Source: an uncultured Fibrobacteraceae bacterium (GTDB lineage Bacteria > Krumholzibacteriota > Krumholzibacteriia > LZORAL124-64-63). From it: a stretch of DNA of 64,000 nucleotides. A model generated the notes under the pieces. It had not been told where the DNA came from. It saw only the letters and a list, made by a program, of their open reading frames with translations, and made no database searches. The position numbers were made by a program, and so were the translations under genes. The stretch lies in NCBI GenBank assembly GCA_964384055.1, contig CAYLIV010000008.1, positions 25,166 through 89,165 of the forward strand. The letters run 5' to 3'. Shown piece by piece: positions 57,871 to 64,000 of this stretch; position 1 is the stretch's first letter; every line of letters begins with the position of its first letter.

Positions 57871-60800
57871 TTACTTCAGCAAGGTCAACTTGCGCGATGA
57901 TACGTGATCGCCCGCTTCCAGTCGGAGCAGATACACACCCGACGAGACGGTATGCCCGCGATCATCATCGCCAAACCAGTCACGGCGATAGATGCCCGGC
58001 ACAAACTCGCCGCGAGCGAGCGTACGCACGCGCCGGCCGGCAAGGTCGTGAATCGTCAGCGTCAGGTGACGGCGCTGGTCGACCGAAAAACCGATCTCGA
58101 TCTGCGGATTTCCAGGATTCGGATACGGCGCCAGGAGTGCCAGTGCCGGGCCGGCTGGCTCGTCGACACCGGTCGTGGTCACGGAGTTCAACGCCGCGGG
58201 TGTGCCGTAGCCCGTCGAGGCAGCCCAGCTCGCGGCCACGCCGTTGTCCAGCGCCGGAGCGATCAGCTCGAGGGTCGGTCCGTTGCCGTCGGGTTCCGGC
58301 GGCCAGGGCGGCTCGTCGTCGTAACGGACCGAATCGGCGAGCGCGCCGGCGCCGTCGAACAGTCGCAGCAATTCGCCGCCCCCGGCGAAACCGAATCCCA
58401 GATCACCGATCACCTCGTTCACCGTCGGAAATACGGACGCAAAGGCTGCGTTGTCCTCACACAAAACCAGATAGCCGCCGGCGGGTAGGCTCGTCTCGTC
58501 AGGGATGACGAAGATGTGGTCGTCGTCTTCATCCTTGAAAATCCAGCCGGCGAGGTCGATCACCGTCGTGCCCGGATTGTGCAGCTCGACCCAGTCACCG
58601 GGATCCGTGCCGGCGAACCCGTTGTAGTTGATCTCGTTGATAACGACCGAATAGCTTCCGGCGCTCGGCTCGAAGATGGCCGTCAGTCCGTAGTCGCCTT
58701 CCGGTGCAATCTCGACCGTCGGCTGCTGGGGCAAAGTACCGTCGGACCAGCCTGCAAAGGCGTAGCCGGCCGCCGGTAACGCGGTCAAGGTGATCGGCAC
58801 GCCCAGGAAGTAGCTACCCGACCAGGTCGAATCGACAGCGATGGCCGCGAGCTGGATCCGTCCCGCGCCGACAGGGGTAATGTCGAGCGAGAGGGACACG
58901 TCGCCACCGAGACCGAATTGCTCGCGCAGGTGTTGCCGGGCGAACGCCGGACGCAGCTCGAGGAACTCGTAGATGATGTTCATCTGATCGTTCCAGGTTT
59001 CAACCGGACGCTCCCAGCGGGTCTGGTGCCGCGCTATCTCCGCTTCGATGCCGGCCGCGACCTGCTGCGCGATCGGCAAGGTCCGCGTCGGCAGGAAACT
59101 CGTATTCAGATGGTCGGCGTAACGATTGATGAACAGCCGCCGAAAGCTATCGTTTTCCACCAGACTGCGCAGCAGGTACGTCGAATGCGGCGGGTTGGGC
59201 CAGTCCTCGCCGTGGGGCTCGAGCGCGAAAGCCAGCGCATTGTCGAAGTACGCCGAGTAAAGACCCAGTCCGAAATCGGTATCGTAGATGATCCAGCGCC
59301 AACGACCTTCAGCCGTGCGTGGCCGCCAGTAGGCAATGTTGTTGCCGGGCCAGTCGAAGTTGGCGTAGAAGATCTCGAAGACCTCGTAGTCGGCGAATTC
59401 CTCGACATCCATCTGTGTCTGGATGTAGGCGTAGTCTGCCGGATCCGCCAGACCGTTCAGTACGATGTAGTATAGCATTGCATTGTAGTGCGCGGTGTCG
59501 CCCTCGTGGATCTCGATATAGTTTTTGATCAGATCGAGATTCTCCGGATCGACACCGTGCAACGAGGACAGGTAATCCTCGTCGATGCGTTCGCGGGTAT
59601 TCGCGATACCCCAGTATTCGCCGTTCAGGTAGATGCGGCTCGGCCGGTAAGCGAGCCGGTCGATGTCGGTATGAGCGAGCAAGCGATGCATCAGGCCGTC
59701 GCGCAGCATCGACTCGCACCAGTCATTGCCCGAGTTGCGCCAGACCAGTTGTTGAAACGAGCTGTAAGGACGCTCGTCGAAAAGCTCGTAGTCGAAGCTG
59801 CCTGCCCCGTAACCGGCACGGGCGATGAGCCGCACCGACTTCTGCGGAAAGGTGCGGGTCCAGCCCCCGTACACCTTCACGCCGGCATCCTGGGCAAAGC
59901 CGAGGGAACCGTCGGTCTCGTAGAATTCCACGTGCACGGGGCGTTCCCAGCCGGCCCAGAGGTTCTGCTCGACAAAAATGCCAGAGTCGGGATCCCACAG
60001 GTTCACCGGATCGGTTACCAGAGAAGTAACCGGCAAGGTGGTCAGGTCATCGATGACGTAGGTTGCGGTGGTGATCCGACTGGGGATCATGTCCGGCGCG
60101 TGCGCCCGCGCGCGCAGCACCGAGGTGGTTGGTAAATATATCGGGTTCGCGTACACGCTGGACGCCTCGTGGGGATCCGTACCGTCGGTGGTGTAATAAA
60201 TCGTCGCACCGGGATCGCTCGCGTTGATCGTTACGGTGACGGACGAGCCGTACAAGCCTCCCGGTACGGAGAATTCCGGTGATGCGGCATAGTCGAGAAA
60301 TCCGGTCTCGCCGTTGGTGGTCTCGGGCGTCGGTTCGCTGAAAAGCAGCCAATCGGGTCCGCCGTCGGGCGCCCTGCCTCGCGATATATCGGAAAACATC
60401 TGTCCCGTGGCAATCGCATCGAGCAGGTTGCCGCCATCATCGTGGAGCGAGAGATTCTCTCCCTCGGCAGAGAGCTTGAAGTTGGTATGCATGTGCGGCA
60501 GCAGCGGGCGGATGACTGCCGGCACGCCGGTGGCGTCCGGTGGTTCCTCGTCCAGTCCGAGGGTCAGGAAGGGAATCAGGGACATGTCCGACGACGCCAG
60601 TTCGACGTTATGCACCTCGATGGCCAGCACGTTGCTCCCTGGATTCAGCTGTATCGCACCCAGGTTGACCGCGAAGGTCTGCGGCCACCCGCCTCCGTAC
60701 ATCTGCGCTTCACGTTCTTCATTGGCCGGAAGATCCCAGGCAGGATCGCCAAAGCTGGATATGTTGCTGCGCGCGACCTCGACTTCATTGATCCAGGCGA

Positions 60801-61362
60801 TGAAAGCGTCGTCGTAATCGACATGCAGGTAAAGTTGCTGTACCCCCTCCGGATCGGATATGGAGAACAGGTGGCGCATGGATACCGAGATGCAGTTGGG
60901 AATGATCGTGGCGTCGTCATCATCGCCGTATCCGATGCCCGTGGGGCCCTCGGACCAGCTCGAATGGTCGAAACGTTCCGCGCGCCAGTCCTCCGGCGGC
61001 GCTGAGCTGTTGACGCGGTAGCGCCATGGATCACCGTGGTCGATCACCGTTTCCCAGTGCCCGACCGGCATGCCGCGGTCCTTGCCCGAGGCGAAGACGA
61101 GTACATGCTGTCTCGCCGGCACCACGGTGCGTGGGAAGACCCACTTGAAGGGCTCGGCCGGATCGTCGGATATGCCGTAGCCATCCAGATCGATATCGTA
61201 GGCAGCGACGTTGTACAGCTCGATCCAGTCCGAAGTATCACCGTCTTCATCGACCAGACCATTGAGGTTCGAGGACACGTATTCGTTAAGGACGATCTGT
61301 GCGTCGGTAGGCGTACTACAGGTAAGCGAGACGATCAATCCGACGCAGAGCAGCAACCACAT
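57871..61362 (-). CDS. CotH kinase-family protein with lamin-tail (LTD) domains and T9SS C-terminal sorting domain
   Basis: Signal peptide. N-terminal LTD IVLNEYVSSN...DWIELYN and a second LTD (VVINEINYN...DWVELHN). CotH-like core (YANFDWPGNNIAYWRP...WRWIIYDTDFGLGL). C-terminal YPNPGNP...SGVYLLRL...LTLLK CTD. Confidence 0.7.
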   Translation of the reverse strand: MWLLLCVGLIVSLTCSTPTDAQIVLNEYVSSNLNGLVDEDGDTSDWIELYNVAAYDIDLDGYGISDDPAEPFKWVFPRTVVPARQHVLVFASGKDRGMPVGHWETVIDHGDPWRYRVNSSAPPEDWRAERFDHSSWSEGPTGIGYGDDDDATIIPNCISVSMRHLFSISDPEGVQQLYLHVDYDDAFIAWINEVEVARSNISSFGDPAWDLPANEEREAQMYGGGWPQTFAVNLGAIQLNPGSNVLAIEVHNVELASSDMSLIPFLTLGLDEEPPDATGVPAVIRPLLPHMHTNFKLSAEGENLSLHDDGGNLLDAIATGQMFSDISRGRAPDGGPDWLLFSEPTPETTNGETGFLDYAASPEFSVPGGLYGSSVTVTINASDPGATIYYTTDGTDPHEASSVYANPIYLPTTSVLRARAHAPDMIPSRITTATYVIDDLTTLPVTSLVTDPVNLWDPDSGIFVEQNLWAGWERPVHVEFYETDGSLGFAQDAGVKVYGGWTRTFPQKSVRLIARAGYGAGSFDYELFDERPYSSFQQLVWRNSGNDWCESMLRDGLMHRLLAHTDIDRLAYRPSRIYLNGEYWGIANTRERIDEDYLSSLHGVDPENLDLIKNYIEIHEGDTAHYNAMLYYIVLNGLADPADYAYIQTQMDVEEFADYEVFEIFYANFDWPGNNIAYWRPRTAEGRWRWIIYDTDFGLGLYSAYFDNALAFALEPHGEDWPNPPHSTYLLRSLVENDSFRRLFINRYADHLNTSFLPTRTLPIAQQVAAGIEAEIARHQTRWERPVETWNDQMNIIYEFLELRPAFARQHLREQFGLGGDVSLSLDITPVGAGRIQLAAIAVDSTWSGSYFLGVPITLTALPAAGYAFAGWSDGTLPQQPTVEIAPEGDYGLTAIFEPSAGSYSVVINEINYNGFAGTDPGDWVELHNPGTTVIDLAGWIFKDEDDDHIFVIPDETSLPAGGYLVLCEDNAAFASVFPTVNEVIGDLGFGFAGGGELLRLFDGAGALADSVRYDDEPPWPPEPDGNGPTLELIAPALDNGVAASWAASTGYGTPAALNSVTTTGVDEPAGPALALLAPYPNPGNPQIEIGFSVDQRRHLTLTIHDLAGRRVRTLARGEFVPGIYRRDWFGDDDRGHTVSSGVYLLRLEAGDHVSSRKLTLLK

Positions 61363-61410
61363 GACTTCTCACCCAGAATCCGATATTAGCAGCATCAAAC
61401 CAACGTAGAC

Positions 61411-61447
61411 GAAGCCGATCACCTGCCATGGCAGGTGTATCGGCTTC
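61411..61447 (-). terminator. hairpin terminator downstream of the POT transporter gene
   Basis: ~17-bp stem gaagccgatcacctgcc/ggcaggtgtatcggcttc (1-nt bulge) with a 4-nt loop, 35 nt after the stop at 61482. Followed on the minus strand by T-rich gtctacgttggtttg. Confidence 0.45.
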
Positions 61448-61481
61448 CGGATTGTACCACATTTCGTACGATAAAATCGAC

Positions 61482-62870
61482 TCAGTCGGTGTAGTCGGCG
61501 TTCTCGGTGCCGGCGCCGCCCGCAGCATCCGTCGTCGATCGCGCGTCGATCTTCTTGGTCACATGAATATAGATGAGCATCGCCACCAGCGAGGTCAAGC
61601 CGACCAATGCGTAGGCGTACCACAGATAGTGGGCCTGGGCGTAGACCTCGGGCATGGGTCCCTGCCCCGCCAGCGCCGCCGCGTGCTGCGCCTGGATGTC
61701 GGCGTGCAGCGTGCTGGGCTGCGGACAGTACTTCTTGAGCAGCCAACCCGAGAAGGTGAAGCCGAAGATCCAGGCGAAGAAGGTGCTGATATGGGAGTAG
61801 CCGAGGAACACGCCCTCCTTGCCCTTCGGCGCTTGCTTGGACGCGAACTCCAGATACTTGGGGCTCAGGAAACACTCGGCCAGCCCCTGGATGGCGATGC
61901 CGATGATCATCATGGCCGTGATCGGGTGCAGCGAGATGCCGAACACGACGACGTTCTCGTGGATCCAGGCCGAGGCGGCCATGGTCAGGGCCGAGAACGG
62001 GATCAGGCACAGGGCGACCAGGATCGAACTCGCCGGCTTCCACTTGCGGACCAGGTGCGTGATCATCACCACGAAGATCACGACCACCAGTGGATTGATG
62101 TTGGCGTACCACTCGGGTTTGTAGGTCTCGCCGGCCAGGCGCAGCACGTAGTCGGGCATGGCCGCGTAGAGCTGACCCTGGATCGCCCAGAAACCCGCGA
62201 CGATCAGGATCAGGGTCAGGAAACGCAGATTGCTCATGGCCATCCACATGCTGTCGAGAGTCTCGCGCATGCTCTTGGGCTGGGCTTCCTTGTCCTCCTT
62301 GGGCCAGTACAGCAGCGCCACCAGGATCAAGGCCACCAGCGCCGCGCCGGCCGAGAAGAAGGGAACGTTCTCCACACCCATCTGGATGCGGATCGGCGCC
62401 ACGATGGTCTTGCCGGTGAACGAGCCGATGTTCACCACCATGTAGAAGATGCTGAAGGCGCGCGCCCGATGTGCCTCGTCCGAGGACTTCGAGACCGTGC
62501 CGGTGATGACCGGTTTTACGAAAGAACCGCCCAGCACGATCAGCGCCAGCCCGACCGACACGGGCCCCAGCGTGTGGAACACGCCGAGCGATCCGTAGCC
62601 CACCGTCAACAGCGCGAAGGCCAGCATGAGCGCGTTGCGAAATCCCATGCGGTCGGCCAGGGCGCCGGTAAAGAAAGGCACCAGGTAGATCCAGCCGCCG
62701 AACATACCGGCGATGATACCGGCCTGTACATCGTCCAGGCCGACGACGCGCAACAGGTAGGTGCGCAGGGCGATGAAGGTGCCGTAGTAGGCGGCGCGCT
62801 CGCACAACTCGGCCGAGTTGGCGGTCCAGAATTGACGCGGGAATCGCCAGGTAAGTTTGGTATCGGTCAT
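61482..62870 (-). CDS. POT/PTR2 family di-/tripeptide:proton symporter (DtpT-like)
   Basis: RBS ggaga before ATG at 62870. PTR2 signature GGWIYLVPFFTGALADRMGFRNALMLAFALLTVGY. 14 TM helices. Confidence 0.85.
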   Translation of the reverse strand: MTDTKLTWRFPRQFWTANSAELCERAAYYGTFIALRTYLLRVVGLDDVQAGIIAGMFGGWIYLVPFFTGALADRMGFRNALMLAFALLTVGYGSLGVFHTLGPVSVGLALIVLGGSFVKPVITGTVSKSSDEAHRARAFSIFYMVVNIGSFTGKTIVAPIRIQMGVENVPFFSAGAALVALILVALLYWPKEDKEAQPKSMRETLDSMWMAMSNLRFLTLILIVAGFWAIQGQLYAAMPDYVLRLAGETYKPEWYANINPLVVVIFVVMITHLVRKWKPASSILVALCLIPFSALTMAASAWIHENVVVFGISLHPITAMMIIGIAIQGLAECFLSPKYLEFASKQAPKGKEGVFLGYSHISTFFAWIFGFTFSGWLLKKYCPQPSTLHADIQAQHAAALAGQGPMPEVYAQAHYLWYAYALVGLTSLVAMLIYIHVTKKIDARSTTDAAGGAGTENADYTD

Positions 62871-63177
62871 AGCAGTCTCCAGGGTTGGGACACCGGACAG
62901 AGCGCGATTCCGAAAAACAAACACGGGCCGCGCAACGCAGCCCCGAGAATCACCTCATCGTTTCTACCGGTAGTTGGGCGGCGGATCAAGGACATTCTTG
63001 GGGTCGATCCTTCTGCTCATTTGACAACTTGCCTGACGACTCATCAACCACACTGCCAGGTCTCGTCAAAAACATGCTGTCGTTCGCCGATCGTCACTTC
63101 AGCGCCAGCACTCGAGAACGATTAAATAAACACGTTGTAATCCGAAACTGCAAACCGCCAGCCAGGACGAAACAAAG

Positions 63178-64000
63178 ATGGCGCGGACGAAAAAGAAGAA
63201 ACGAGCCCGGCAACACCGGCGCGTGACGCGGCCGCCCGCACCGACGGCCGGCACGACCGCCAGTCACCTGTACAACCAGGCGCTGGTCGCGAAACAGCAG
63301 GACGATTTCGCCCGGACCGTATCCTTGTGCCGCCAGGCGCTGAGAGTCGACCCGCACCACGGTCCGACCAACCATCTGCTCGGTTTGCTGCTGTTCCTGT
63401 CCGGCGACAACGACGCGGCTCTCGCGCTGCTCGAGCGGGCGGTGGCAGCAGCCCCGACCGAGGTACGTTTTCTCGTCGCGCTGGCCGAAGTGCAGTGCCA
63501 CGTGCAGCAGACCGGAGCCGCCCTGTCGCACCTGAACCGCGCCCTCGAACTCGAACCGCGTTCGGTCCCCGTACTCAACAGTCTCGGCACCGTATACCGG
63601 GCTTGCGGTCGACCGGCCGATGCCCTGCGCATCCTGCGCCGCGCGCTGACCATCGACCGCCACGATCCGACGACACTCACCCTCATCGGCGACGCGTGTT
63701 ACGACCTGGGCAAGACCGAACAGGCTGTTGCCAGTTTTCGACTCGCGCTCGAAATCGATCCCGACAACGCCACGATCTACTGCAGCCTCGGTCGACTCAT
63801 GCTGAGCATGCGCAAACGCGACGAAGCCAGGACCTTCCTGGAGCAGGCCGTAGCCCGCAAGCCGTCACTGGTCAGAGCCCACGCCTATCTGGCAACGCTG
63901 GATCCCGCACAACCCGACGATCCGCGTATTGCCGCCCTGGAAAAACTGAAGGATCACCAGCCGCAGACAGCCAAGGACCGGGCCCACGTACACTTCGCCC
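63178..64000 (+). CDS. TPR-repeat protein (partial, runs off the window end)
   Basis: ATG at 63178 with a basic N-terminus MARTKKKKRARQHRR, followed by consecutive 34-aa TPR units. Open to the window end. Confidence 0.6.
   Translation, partial: MARTKKKKRARQHRRVTRPPAPTAGTTASHLYNQALVAKQQDDFARTVSLCRQALRVDPHHGPTNHLLGLLLFLSGDNDAALALLERAVAAAPTEVRFLVALAEVQCHVQQTGAALSHLNRALELEPRSVPVLNSLGTVYRACGRPADALRILRRALTIDRHDPTTLTLIGDACYDLGKTEQAVASFRLALEIDPDNATIYCSLGRLMLSMRKRDEARTFLEQAVARKPSLVRAHAYLATLDPAQPDDPRIAALEKLKDHQPQTAKDRAHVHFA

Noticed and set aside
61428-63125. 565-aa ORF on the plus strand
   Set aside because: Antisense to the POT transporter (PTR2 signature present on the minus strand). His/Arg/Gly/Asp-rich with no TM or domain features.

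Overview
This is a high-GC (about 65-68%), gene-dense bacterial chromosomal segment. I see no rRNA, tRNA, CRISPR array, IS element or integrase. About 50 protein-coding genes are supportable. Many of the long six-frame ORFs on the opposite strand or in alternative frames are GC-driven shadow ORFs (Arg/Gly/His-rich) and are rejected. Gene content suggests a T9SS-bearing organism of the FCB-group or a related candidate phylum. Three large cargo proteins carry T9SS-type C-terminal sorting domains: a gingipain-like C25 peptidase, a CotH-like protein with lamin-tail domains, and a 941-aa protein of unknown function.

Housekeeping and metabolic genes I recognise:
- H+-pyrophosphatase (hppA)
- class-I fumarate hydratase alpha and beta subunits
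- urocanase (hutU)
- flavin-dependent thymidylate synthase (thyX)
- 4-alpha-glucanotransferase (malQ)
- TrmO tRNA methyltransferase
- CDF, MFS, POT and NCS2 transporters
- LemA, TonB and a tandem FKBP peptidyl-prolyl isomerase
- a Wzz-like chain-length determinant
- a MurNAc-recycling set: a DUF1343/NamZ-like hydrolase plus a fused MurU-AmgK-like uridylyltransferase/kinase, sitting in an operon with GT4 and GT9 glycosyltransferases
- a bacterial ACE-like M2 peptidase, a PNGase-F-like lipoprotein and a C1 papain-like peptidase

The most notable regions:
1. An ECF sigma / zinc-finger anti-sigma pair, followed by a 320-aa secreted protein that combines a carboxypeptidase-regulatory-like domain with secretin-N and truncated secretin-like motifs (a candidate 'mini-secretin').
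2. A second ECF sigma / anti-sigma pair driving two paralogous secreted HEAT-repeat proteins.
3. An IscU-like protein paired with a GGGtGRT-family protein.
4. A small Cys-rich ORF with a good ribosome-binding site and strong codon periodicity that is interrupted by an in-frame TAG lying between 10-bp direct repeats. It sits downstream of a malQ-coupled hypothetical gene carrying a 9-bp tandem repeat that encodes (SPI)n.
5. A probable frameshift in a Yip1-like membrane protein gene.
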